A stretch of DNA of 63,486 bases, counting the filler, from Dugesia japonica (lineage: Eukaryota), in NCBI GenBank assembly GCA_001938525.1. It is 5 parts of 5 records of this genome, joined end to end, with 100 filler letters (N's around TTAATTAATTAA, not from the genome) between each part and the next. Parts side by side here need not be neighbours in the genome. Positions count along the whole stretch, not along the records: positions 47,189 to 63,486 come from MQRL01589498.1; 4 more parts are not named here. One strand, written 5' to 3'. Positions 50,876 through 63,486 of the stretch are shown here, in pieces. The translations under genes were made by a program, and so were the position numbers. The notes beneath the pieces were generated by a model. The model was not told where the DNA came from and did not search any database. It worked only from the letters and a program-made list of their open reading frames with translations. Within the stretch, counting starts at the first letter, position 1. The number at the start of each line of letters is the position of its first letter.

Positions 50876-52649
50876 AATAAATGCAACTCAAAATCAACTC
50901 AAATGCAACACACATACACTGAGAATCACATGCCTATGAATTTTAATTTGTCAATTTAATGTAAATATAGAGACTCCCCTCGTCCCTTGCAAAATAAATT
51001 AATTTAATTTAATTTAATTAAATTTAGTTATATTAAAAAGATTTTCCTCGATTAAAATGAAAACTTTAAATTTCCAACCAAAATATTTTTTTTGAATTTC
51101 CCGCCAAAAATATTTTTTTTGAATTTCCCGCCAAAAGTTTTTTGAGTTTCCCACCAAAAAATATCAAGACTCCCCTCTTCCCTGTTCGAAAAATATGAAA
51201 ATTCACCCTTCCCAGTCAAANNNNNNNNNNNNNNNNNNNNNNNNNNNNNNNNNNNNNNNNNNNNNNNNNNNNNNNNNNNNNNNNNNNNNNNNNNNNNNNN
51301 NNNNNNNNNNNNNNNNNNNNNNNNNNNNNNNNNNNNNNNNNNNNNNACTTTTATGACGTTACAACCACCCGTCAAAAAAATTTCAAATAAATATCAAAAA
51401 TTTCGATAATTAATTGTCTTTCCACACATACCACTCTCCCCCGCCCAAAAAATGTTTTAAAACTTTTATACTAGTTACAAATATCAACCAATCAAATTAA
51501 AGGTCTTTAAATAAAAAATCAAAGCACATTCGACATATAAAATTTTCTCCATTACATTACCTCTCCAACAAACTATCAACCAACTAATTCCAATAAACAC
51601 ATACAAACCTACAGCCTTCCTCAAAAACAACCCACGATAACTCATACTACTGGGCTCGTGCGCTACCANNNNNNNNNNNNNNNNNNNNNNNNNNNNNNNN
51701 NNNNNNNNNNNNNNNNNNNNNNNNNNNNNNNNNNNNNNNNNNNNNNNNNNNNNNNNNNNNNNNNNNNNNNNNNNNNNNNNNNNNTCCTCCTCATTTCTTT
51801 CACTCTTTCACACACACACACACAACCACACACACAAACTCAACTTGACCTACTTTTTTAAAAAAACCTTAACAACCCAAACACACACAAATTTTAAAAT
51901 ACACACACACAAACTAACAGGATCAAAAAGAAACTGATCCGATCAAAAAAAATTTGATCCGATCAAAAAATTTTTGATCCCAAAAATCATAGTTAAAAAA
52001 CGCATAGTTAAAAAGCGTAATGTGTTTCCGAGCCTCCGCCCTGGGAGGTCCCCCTCGATAATGCTTTAAAAAAATTGTGACCGAATTTTGGCTGATTGCC
52101 AAACTGTGACCGTGTGCCGCTATCCGCCTACTGCAGATTTGAATTTTTTTTATTTTAAAGCGGAATTTATGGAAATCAGATTTGTAAATACTTAAATTTG
52201 TATCATAAAAATAATTTATAAAATAAATAAATTATTATTTTCATTATTTATAAAATAAATAAATGTGTATTGACATTTTTATAATTTTGTTATAATTTCT
52301 TAAAATTTTTTAATTTCTGTTTGTCAATGAAATATATTTTTTAATGTATTTTTAATATTTTACATTATTAAAATTTTAGATATATAAAATATATAAAATT
52401 TTAAATAAAATAGAGTATAAAAAATTGTCACTGATATGTGTTTTCTAATTTATTTTTAAATTTGACAATAATAAAATTTTAAATGCTCTTCAAAATACTG
52501 ATATTTGATATTTTCCGTTTGGAGTATGACTATTTAAATTTTTTGAAAAAAGCAAATTTATATTCATAGTTTTTGTCTTGTGAAAAAAACCTTTATGGAA
52601 ATAAGTTTTGACATTAATGATCCGATGAGTACTTCATACTCTTTTAACA

Positions 52650-52662
52650 TGGTGGCAGCGGT
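52650..52662 (+). promoter_or_regulatory. tRNA-Leu primer binding site
   Basis: TGGTGGCAGCGGT directly after the LTR-terminal CA. Confidence 0.8.
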
Positions 52663-54189
52663 AAACACTGATGCGATCATAGAAAGATGAGTGCCAGAGG
52701 CAATGATCTAGATATGTTTATTAAACGGTGTGAAATATACTTCGAGGCGAAGAATATCGTTAATAAGAAGGATCTGGTGCACGTGATAACATGTATGCTT
52801 GATAAAGATTTAATGGAAGCATATGTGAAGACATTGAAGAAAGCGGATGGATATTGAGAGAGATTGCGAAAAGCTTTTGAGAACAATATAGATGTAATGA
52901 AAGGTTTGCAGAATCTTATAAGCTATCAACAGGATGGTGAAGAACTTGAGGTGCTCTTTAAAAAAATTGATTATTTGATCGATAAACCTTTAGCAAGTAG
53001 AGAGCTGACGAAAAAAAAACTCTTGTCAAAAATACTTATAATTTATGCAGATAGTAAAAAAGCAAAAGAAGAGATAATCATGCAAAAATTGGAGAAAGTA
53101 GAAGATATAAAAGAAACACTGTCATTAGTTGAAAAAATAGAAAGACAAGAAGGTATTAACGTAATAAAGAGTACCCGCGGGTGCATCACGTAGAGAACGT
53201 ACCGGAGAGAGGAGACAAAATATCAAGAGAGTGTTCAAAACCTTCACAAGTAGAATGTTGGACTTGCTAAAATAAATGGCATTTAAGTAGAGATTGTCCA
53301 GACAAGAAGCCACCAAAATATTTTGGATGTGGTAAGATTGATCATTTTAGAAGGATGTTCACAGAAATTGTATGCGGTCGATGTAAAAGACAGGGTCACA
53401 AAGCGGAGGACTGTTATTTTAAGATTTTTAAACCTAGACTAGAGAAGAGAATTTACAATTTTAAAAGTGGACAACAAAAAAAAGATTGGAGTTAGACCAA
53501 ACAAACCCATGCTATTTGAGAAGGAGATGATTATGAAAATGAAGAGAAATCTTTTGAAAGCATAATAAAAAATGAAGATCCAAGAGGACAATACTCAAAA
53601 GGCAGGGTTTAATTTGTAGAGAAGTTGGTTTGAGCCATTCATTAAAAGAGATACCGTTTGATTAAACAAAGGAGACCGAGATATGAAATGAGGCGAGTAA
53701 AATGGTAGAAAAAGTTTTCAGATTACTAAAATGAGAAAGTTTCAATGATGCGGAAGTTAACAAAACAAAAGTGATAGGAACAATTGAAGAGAAACAGAAC
53801 GTTGAAATTTCGTACGATAAGATGTAAGGGAGACCTAGAATTTCAGTAATGATCAAGAGTGAACAGTTTGATTGTTTGTTAGATACAGGAGCAAGAATAA
53901 ATATGATGACCATGAAAGGATTTAGTAGACTCGGAAAACCAATATTAGAAATAACTTAGAAACGATTGCATAACAACTCATTAGAGACAATTGGGAAGAT
54001 ACGTGTGGAAGTTGTAGTTTCATAGGTGTGCATGAAAGTAACATTTATAAAAGTAGAGAAATTAATACCAGATCTAATTGTGGAGTGGAATTTTAGAATA
54101 TTTTTGGGTATCATCTTTAAAAGAAGTGCACGCCAGATAACAATAATTATCGAGAGAAATTTGTTTGCAACATCAAGGCAAAACTTGAA

Positions 54190-57100
54190 AGGCACCATGT
54201 ATTTTATTTGGATATGTTTTTACCCTTTTATTGATAACGTGTCCCAAAAATTTGATATCGTTTCGTTGAAATTGACATTTCTCCAGAATAATCATTAAAA
54301 CAGCATTCTTAATTTATGTCAATACTTTATTGACAAATTTATGGTGTTGCTCCTTTGTTTCATTTAATATGCTTAGTTTGTCTACTTTTTATCAATTTCC
54401 ACTTTTTTAGTGCAATATGAATGCCAATCACATTACATTCTTATATTACTCAAGGAAAGGAATACATTAAAATTATTGATTCTAATACTGACAAAGTTTA
54501 TGACTCTCTAATTCATTTATATAATTACTTAGTAAAACATTAATTTAAATTTTAAATATTCTTCACACAGAGTATGGAGTATTAATAATTCGAATTTGTA
54601 TTTTTATAAAACATTTATCAGTTTAAACCTGTTCACATACTCTTCGAATTCATTTAACCACCGATTACTTAGTTTATAATCTAATTTATCTTTCGCTTAT
54701 TTCCTATTGTCAGCTCTATAACTCACACTAAATATAAACTTTGCAACTAATATCCAGTTATTTATTAATATATTTTCGCCGTAATATAGAAAATTCCTTT
54801 GAAATTCGATTTCTATTGTGTTTATTCATCTTTTAATCATATACTTAAAACATAAATTTTATTCAATCATTAAAATTCTAACCAATCATTCATTAACCTC
54901 TCAAATCAAGTAATTTATTTATTTAAATATTTGAATTAATTACTTCATTAAAACTTCGCAGACATTTTATTCAACCAAAATAAAATTTAGAACCAACATG
55001 TATAAAGTTATAAATTCAACTTTAAAATTGAAATATTCTAACTGAACGTGAAACCATAAATTGTAAAGGTTTTTCCTCTTTATAATTATAAAAGCTTTAA
55101 TTTTATAAAGTAGTACCGATAATAAGATAAAGTTTTCACTTCTTATTTAAAATGTCTAAAATTATTGTATTTTGCACTTAAAATTCAAATTTTAGGTACT
55201 TTTCTGTTAATTATTTGAAAATTATTAAATCCATCATACTTAATTTAATTAATCAATGTTATTTGCATTATTTTCAATAAATAGTTTCAATAAATTATTT
55301 CAAAATTTTCAATACTTAATAAATTTGCTATTATAATTTTAATTTAACCATTAAAATATATACATGAAATCTAATTTATTTTCAAAATTACCTTTAAAAG
55401 TTTCTTCAAAACCTAATTCAATTTACCAACCAAAGCATAGTTTTAATCAAATTACACATTGAAAATTAATCAATTCACTATACTTCATTTATTCAATCAA
55501 ATATATGGATTATTTTCAGAAGAATTTTATAAATTATTTCAATGAATCAATCTTAATAAAAAAATCATATTATAAATTAAACTTTAATTAAATTTTAACG
55601 ATAAAAATTAGAAAAATTTATTAAAAATACACGAAATCTAATTTAATTCAAAAATTACAAGTACAAATATAGAACAGGCTAAATAATTAAATATTAATTA
55701 CACAGTACATTTACCACTAGTCAAGAGTGAAGACTTGAAAATAGTGGATGAAAACTATTGATAACTAAAAATCAGTGCAATGCTAGCAGAGTTTTTATGT
55801 CTGAGCACTAGTGAACAGTGAGCAGACAATTGATGTATATGAGCCAGTGTACAGTGCACAGAGTTTTGATAACTGAAGACTGGTAAGAAGTAAAGTTTCA
55901 TCTAAAATCATCTAACAAACCACCCAAAAATTGACCTCACCGAATAAATTATTCTATTTTTATGTTCCTCGGGAACTACCAAATTAAGTACTTTTTTTTC
56001 TATATAACCTTTTATCAATAAGGTTTGATGATTTTATGTTTACATATTTAGAATCAGTGTAAAAGTCTCTATCAAAAAGACTGGTTTATGATTAAATTTG
56101 AGATACTTTTTATTTTTAATTAATTATTGAGAATTAAAAACATTTTACTTTTTTACAAGTAATTTAACTTGATAAATTTCTACTGTATATAATCTTGATC
56201 AGTAAATAATTTTCTATCTAATAGTATTTGGATCATTAAATTTTAAAGGAAATTATAAAAAATAAATTTTTGTTAAGAATCATCCGAATTTTTATCTGTG
56301 ATTTTTCGATTTCTCTCAGTCAAAACTAATTTTGACGATTTTAGGTAATGTTTTTCTTGATCAGTTAAACATTCTCTATCTAATAACGTATGTTTCGTTA
56401 CGATTCGAGAAGAAAAAATTTCAAAATTGTCAAAAATTCTTGGGTTTATCCCATTTTATCTAAGCTCTAGACAAAATTTGATTATTTTTAACTAGGTCAG
56501 TCCTGATCAGTATAAAATTGTGTATCGAATAGACTATGTTACCCTTGTGAAAATTCATTATTTCCTCGGGGACTCCCAAAATAAGTACATGTCTTTTCAA
56601 TATAAATTTTTATCTATAAGATTTAATTATTTTATTTGGAAAAAAATTCACTAAACAAATTTTTGATCAATTTTCAGATACTTATTTAATTTTGGATAAA
56701 AGTTACCAAATCTGGGAGAACAGGTATATATCTTTGTTAGGAAACATTTTACCGAGACAATATTTTAACTTTGTAGAGTCACTTTTTTCTCCTGAGTAAA
56801 ATAATACCAAATTGAAAACCATACAAGTTATGTACTCAGAGAAATTGATAACCAAAATTTAAATTTTGCAATTTTTCACCACAAAACCCTATTTATTTCA
56901 TCCCAGATAAACTTTGGTTATTTTAGGTATTTGTAATTAGAATTAGCGAAAAAATCTCTATTGAATAGACTTGGTTATTTTATGAAAAAATGAGAAATAA
57001 TTTTTTCAAAAAATTTTTATTTGTGAAAAATAATCTGCATCAAATTCCAAACCGATTGATGTAAAAATCTCGACAAACAATATTTTCAAAAATTTTCATA

Positions 57101-57689
57101 TTATTTAAACCACATAGACTGCTCACCCAGATTCCATAAAATATTCCATAAATTATTTTTAAAAAACTTGAAAATTTAAACAAATTCGACTTTTCACATG
57201 AATTTCCATAAAATTCTACCAAAAATTACGAGCCCGAGGAAATTATCACTCAAATTCACCTAAACTCCAATTCATCAACCACCTAAAACTAATCAAAAAT
57301 TGACCTAATTCGATCTCACCGAATAAATTCCCAACCAAAAAGCTTGAAAAGATTTGTTACCACTTAAAAAACTTAAAAAATACTACAGCTTAAAATATTT
57401 TCTTAACTAAAAAGCCTAAAATTTTAAAATAATTCGCCAAACTTTTCAAAACACTATTAAAAATTACAATTTATGTGCAAAATATATTGGCCAACTAAAT
57501 ACATTGGAAAAATAATAACGAGTTAATCCTATTACATAAAATTTCACCAATTAAATTAATCTAATGAAATAGTTTGTGTACAAAAGTTTTGTACTTTTGT
57601 GTACAAAAATGCATTAGAATTAAGTTTTATTACATCACTAATCCTGGGGGGTACTGCATGTGTGATGTTCCAGACCGTTACTATCTACT
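54190..57689 (-). repeat. 3.5-kb non-coding insertion in gypsy pol; AGTAGATAG-ended family, copy 2
   Basis: Interrupts pol between protease and RT; homologous (inverted) to 25975-27600; internal duplications; left limit approximate. Confidence 0.7.
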
Positions 57690-60600
57690 ATAATGAGGAT
57701 GTATCTATAGCGGAAGAATGGGACATTGTATGTACACATTTAACGAAATATCGAATGATCACTAAAGGAGGTCCAATCAACATAAAACAATATAGGCAAA
57801 CAATAAATTTAGAAGAGAAAATTAAAGAGGCCATCAAGAATCTGTATGATAACGTTATCATCCGAAAGTGTAATTCTCAATGGAATACGCAATTAATATG
57901 CATTTGGTAAAAGGAAAAAAGGATATACGATTATGCTTAAACTTTTGCTATGCCAAATGTGGATGAAATGCTGGAAGCTTTGGAAAGTACACATTATTTT
58001 ATCTCAATAGACTTGGGAAATGCATACTATCAAGTGAAACTTAGTGCAGATTCTCAAGAGAAGATGACTTTTTCGACCAAACAAGGTCAATTTTGTTTAA
58101 ATAGAATGCTTTTTGGAATTGTGCAGCACCAGGTACGTTCCAGGGAAATGATGAATAAAAGGATCGGGAAAATGAAAGAACCAATGGTTTATTTAGATGA
58201 TATTCTCATATTTACCGAAAAAAAGGAGCAACCCCATAAATTTGTCAATAAAGTATTGACATAAATTAAGAATGCTGTTCTAATGATTATTCTGGATAAA
58301 TGTCAATTCCAACGAAACGAGATCAAATTTTTGGGACACGTTATCAGTATAGATGTCAAAACAGATCCAACTAAAATACATGAAATTAAGAATTTTAGCA
58401 AACCAAAATGGCCTAAGAAGATAAGAAGCTTTCTAGGAATATACAATTACTATCGAAAATTTATTAAAGGTTATTCAAAAAAGCTAGATTGCTGGAACAG
58501 CTGTGTAGTGGAACCAGTAACAAGAAGAATGAATGCACGAACGAATTAGAAGACGTTTTAATGATGGAAGCATTAATGATGTCTCCAATATTATATTTTT
58601 CGGGTATAAATAAAGGATTTATTTTGGACACGGATGCGAGTTTCGACACAATTGATGCAGTACTATCTCAAAAGAACAACAATAGACTAGCAAGAGTATT
58701 TGCATAAGGGTCACGCGCAATGACAATTCATGAAAGAAGATATTGTACTACGCGGAAAGAATTACTCGCAATTTACTACTTTTGTATTCATTTCAAACAT
58801 TACTTATATGGAAAGAGATTTATTCTTAGAAGAGACCATAAAGTCATCATTTTTATGCTAAATACCAAGAATCCGATCACTTCACAGTTTCAAACGTGCA
58901 TTAATTATTTGAGCAGTTTAAATATAAAATTGGAATATAGTAAAGTATCTCTTCATACAAATGCGGATATGTTGTCAAGGAGTAAATGCGATACATGTGA
59001 ACAATGCCTAATGTCACATGAAGATCCTAAAATTTTAAATTTTGTTTAAAATTTTAATATTTGAAAAATGACCAACATAGAATTGTAATTTGTTTGAATA
59101 AACAAATTTTGTTGGATATAGTTTTGTTTTGTTAATAAATCTTTTATGGAAATGAGTTTTGCCATTAATTATCCGACGATCACTTCAAACTCATCTAACA
59201 ATAAATAATAAACAATGCTTGAAAGATCATGATTTAATTGCGAAATTTCATGCGGTTAAAAAACTATTTCAGGTTCATTATTTTCAAACGAACAAATTAT
59301 AAATATGTAAGTTCACGCTATAACAACATTTAAATGACAATAATCGTTTGAATTAAGAAGTGAAAATTCTCCGGATATAAATATTTGAATTAAATAGTTG
59401 TTTTTATATAATAATGAAAACGTAACGGTTAATAAAATTTCCCACAGCTAAAAATAAAAATAAATTATATGAACATGCCAATAAAAATAATTACGTATGA
59501 CATTTCTAACACTTAAAAATAAATAGATTTCATGGTTTACATTAACGTATGAAAATTTGCGCCACATTTATCAACTTTCATACTTATTGTTGTTTATACA
59601 ATAACCTGTGAAAGTTTATTACGTCACTTCCGACCGGGTCCGCACGTATCACCTTTTAACTGATTTTAATTTTATCACTAATTTATAAAATTTATTATAA
59701 AAAAAATTGTTATTCAAAGCATAATTGTTTCATATTGAAGTTTGTTTTACTCAATCAAAAACTAATTCTGATTATTCAACGACATACAATTTCAATATAG
59801 TCGCAGATTATCATAAACGTTTCTAAATTATGAAAATTAAATTACAAAATATTGAAATAATTATTAACTCTGTTGGTGTTTGAAATTTCTTCATTGATAA
59901 TTTTGATTTAGCAATACAAATAACCAATATTTGTACAATAGCACATGAACCGAATATTACCATTAATATAAAAATGTAAAACGAATAAATCTGAAATTGT
60001 GGTAACAATAAATTTAAAATTTAAACAATTTACATTTAAATAAAATAATTTTGTTCATATTCATAATATTCATCAAATGGTTTATGCAAATCGGAATTGT
60101 TTTCACATATTAAATTCGTAACTTCATAGATTTGTGTATGTGATAGTACATTAACCGACAAATACTTCTTATAACGTAAAAATAATACAAAGCTAAAAGG
60201 AAAATATTTTCACATTACACTACGCGATTGAACCGATAATATTTTAAACAATAATTTGGTAATTCTAATATTTAAATATTTATGCTAATTTAATATGATG
60301 AATTTATTCTACTATTAAATGACAATTTTATCATTTTAAAAAAATCTTAATGATAATTTCTTTGATTAATTTAAATTGAATAATATTTTTTGAGTTATAA
60401 CATTTGCAGGAAATTTGATTATAGATTATTCACAATGAATGTATAAGTGAAATGTTTTCTAATAATTGTTATGTAATAATTATGATGGGATTATGAATTT
60501 TTTGTGGTCAGAAATAAATTAATAAACTATAAAAAATATAAACTGTAAATTACGGAATCAGTGTAAATAGATGGATGAATACACGCCAGAACACTGTATA

Positions 60601-62194
60601 ATGAAATTTGATCTATTACGCAATCAATGTATAAATAATAAGTGTAGTATTCGATCTATTAATATTAAAATGTACCTAATATTATGTAATGTATTTTATA
60701 GAATTTGGTATTACATAAAACAATACAAAAAAATTATCATTAATATTATTTTAACTATAATTTTTATTATTATCATTATTATTATTATTATTATTAAGCT
60801 TATTTTATGATTATTTACAATTTTTCGAATGGGGCTTATTTAGATACTTTGAGTAACATTTTTCTTTAATTTTAATTTCGTGTGTTCGATCGTATAAATT
60901 CAACTAATCAATCCAAATTTACCATTGCAGTAGAATTCAACTCTTGATCATTTTCGAACAGCAGTAAAGTCACGGTAAAGTCATTTTGGGGTTTGTTCAG
61001 AAAATGATATCTTATTTTGGAATTAGAGAAATTTTATCTCATATCAGATTAACAAGTCCCGATTTATTTTCGAATAAATGCTACTTGGTGAATTTTATAA
61101 AATATAAAGTTAATTGATATTTTTTAACATGTTGTACTCAAAATAAATCACCAAATAATACGAGTGGATTGTAAGGGAATTCTACAGAGAGCTCTGTAAG
61201 AGTGTGGACGAGTGCAGATAACCAAAAACAGCGGATATTTTCTCTGGTCCATACTCTAGAAGTGGGGAACAAGAACCTATTTATTTTTTGATTTATTTGT
61301 CACCATTAGTTTTTTGATAATTGGTAATACTCGATGTCTGGATTAAATTGAACATATGAGTAGAACGACAGAAATAAATCTTAGTAATAGAGTTTGTTAC
61401 TGATATATCTTTCGTCTATGTATGGCCATAGTACATTGGCTCTATTTATCATTAAACTTTTCGGTAGTGATTATTAATTATACTGAGCNNNNNNNNNNNN
61501 NNNNNNNNNNNNNNNNNNNNNNNNNNNNNNNNNNNNNNNNNNNNNNNNNNNNNNNNNNNNNNNNNNNNNNNNNNNNNNNNNNNNNNNNNNNNNNNNNNNN
61601 NNNNNNNNNNNNNNNNNNNNNNNNNNNNNNNNNNNNNNNNNNNNNNNNNNNNNNNNNNNNNNNNNNNNNNNNNNNNNNNNNNNNNNNNNNNNNNNNNNNN
61701 NNNNNNNNNNNNNNNNNNNNNNNNNNNNNNNNNNNNNNNNNNNNNNNNNNNNNNNNNNNAAAACGATGCCAAACGTTTAATGAAAAATAAATAACGCTAT
61801 TTAAAATAAAATTTTATTGTTATATATTTCAACGGATCAACCGTCATCATCAGACAATAATGAAAAAAATGAGTTTATTTAGTCTTTATTATTTAAGCAA
61901 AGATTCAAGCAATTATGCTGAATATAAGAGGGTTATAGACGATAACTCATAGTTCTTATTTTTTTAAATTTTAACAATTTTTCAATAAAATATTAATTTA
62001 TATTCTAAATTTTTTCTATAATAATATTTTATTAAAATTACTATGTGAAACCTATAAAATCAAAGACGTTTATCAAAAATATTTGAAATTTTTAATTTTT
62101 TAAACAAAATCTTTCAAAACCTATAAAATAATAAAATTGAAAATTATCAGATTTTTTATATTTCACCTACTTCCGTTAGTTTCTAAAGTTTAAA

Positions 62195-63486
62195 GGTTAG
62201 ATGGAGCCAAATATTTCGGTTCAATAGATTTTGGAAATGCATACTATCAGGTACAGCTCAAAGAAGAATCTCAAGAAAAAAACGGTATTTTCAACGAAGC
62301 ACGGGTAATATTGTTTTAATAGAATGCCATTTGGCATCGCAGCAGCACCAGGGACATTTCAAGAGATGATGACAAAAGTGGTAGGCGGAATCAGTGGAGC
62401 CATGGTTTATCTTGATGACATTTTGATATTTACGAACAATAAAGATCAACACTAGGAAGTAATCGAAATTTTATTGACAGAAATAATGAAGGCTGGTCTA
62501 AGAATCAATCCAGAAAATTGTCAGTTTCTTCAAAGCGAAATCAAATTTCCTGGACACATAATTAGCAAGGATGGTGTCAGAACTGATCCATTTAAAATTT
62601 AAGCTATAAGAACATTTGGCAAACCTAACTGTCTGAAGAAAGTACGACGTTTTTAGGAATATGTAATTATTACAGGAAGTTTATAGAAAACTACGCAAGA
62701 AAATCAACAAGAAATTAGAATAGACAGATGAAATAAACTACACTTTTGAAAGTCTGAAAAAATCTCTTATGACTGCACCAATATTGTTTTTTCCAGACAT
62801 AAACAGAGAATTTATATTAGATACATATGCCAGTTTCTATACGATTGGAGCAGTATTGTCACAGAGAGATAAAGAAGGAAGAGAAAAAGTGGTTGCCTAT
62901 GGATCACACTTAATGACGAGTCATGAAAAGGGATACTGCGTTAAACGAAAAGAGTTATTGGCTGTGTATTATTTCTGTATGCATTTCAAACATTACTTGT
63001 ACGGTAGAAGATTTACTCTTAGAATAGATCATAAAGCTCTAACCTTCATGATGACGACGAAGAAACCAATTACATCGCAATTCCATACATGGATTAATCA
63101 TCTGAGTAGTCTAGACATGGTTTTGTAATATAGAAAAGGAATTCAACATGGTAATACAGATATGTTATCTAGACCAAGATGTGAGATATGTGTACAATGC
63201 CAAATGTCACATGAAGGTGCCAATAAAGAGAAAATTAAAACGGGAATACTAAACATGCTTGAAAAAGAAAAAAAAGAGCAATTAAACATTTCTGAGGACA
63301 CAGATTTAATGAAGAAAATAAAAATTTCGGAGGACAAAATACACAAGACAATCGAAGAAATACATAAATTATTATGTCATACAGGAATTTAAAAGGTGTT
63401 GGAATACATGAGAAGCAAATACATTGCAAAGAATTTGTGGAGCCAAATACAGAAAATAGTTCGTAGTTGTGAAATTTGTCAGAAGA
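62195..63486 (+). pseudogene. Gypsy pol fragment (RT, RNase H, start of integrase zinc finger)
   Basis: DFGNAYYQV, RMPFGIAAAPGTFQ, YLDDILI, RIDHKAL, IHKLLCH, CEICQK. Confidence 0.9.

Larger units (their letters stand above)
47189..52132 (-). mobile_element. Polinton/Maverick B (group-1-like), terminal 5 kb, degraded
   Basis: ATPase, basic protein, core protein, chromo-integrase and penton on one strand, then a repeat-rich terminal region starting AGTAGG on the minus strand. Confidence 0.88.
52500..59200 (+). mobile_element. Degraded Ty3/gypsy element with diverged LTRs, integrase missing, large nested insertion
   Basis: LTR-end blocks 52593-52649 and 59143-59200 align; PBS; gag knuckle CGRCKRQGHKAEDC; CLLDTGA; YLDDILI; TDAS; NADMLSR; left limit approximate. 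Confidence 0.85.

Overview
Very AT-rich eukaryotic, probably invertebrate, repeat-rich DNA. It is not one locus: four identical artificial spacers (44 N + TTAATTAATTAA + 44 N) join five unrelated contigs (1-10932, 11033-21228, 21329-30630, 30731-47088, 47189-63486). The main feature is a nearly complete but decaying ~14 kb Polinton/Maverick (adintovirus-type endogenous virus, group-2-like) at 30731-44717, here element A. It has TIRs, an AGTAGT terminus, major capsid protein, an in-frame parvovirus-type PLA2/retroviral integrase fusion, packaging ATPase, a 2-TM protein, a fibre-like protein, adenain protease, penton, core protein and a zinc-finger-led protein-primed PolB. It also carries unexplained cis signals: an invariant 18-bp GC-rich palindrome in both TIRs and at two internal gene 3' ends, 11-bp-phased TGGCTA repeats before an HTH gene, and an AAATGT(T/G)/TAAATG motif before virion genes. 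Also present are the end of a second, group-1-like Polinton (element B, 47189-52132), a capsid remnant of a third (5776-6734), several degraded Ty3/gypsy elements (one with 107-bp TG..TA LTRs and a 5-bp TSD), solo LTRs and an AGTAG-ended non-coding repeat family. No host gene, rRNA, tRNA or CRISPR could be supported. All family assignments come from motif recognition by eye; no searches were run.
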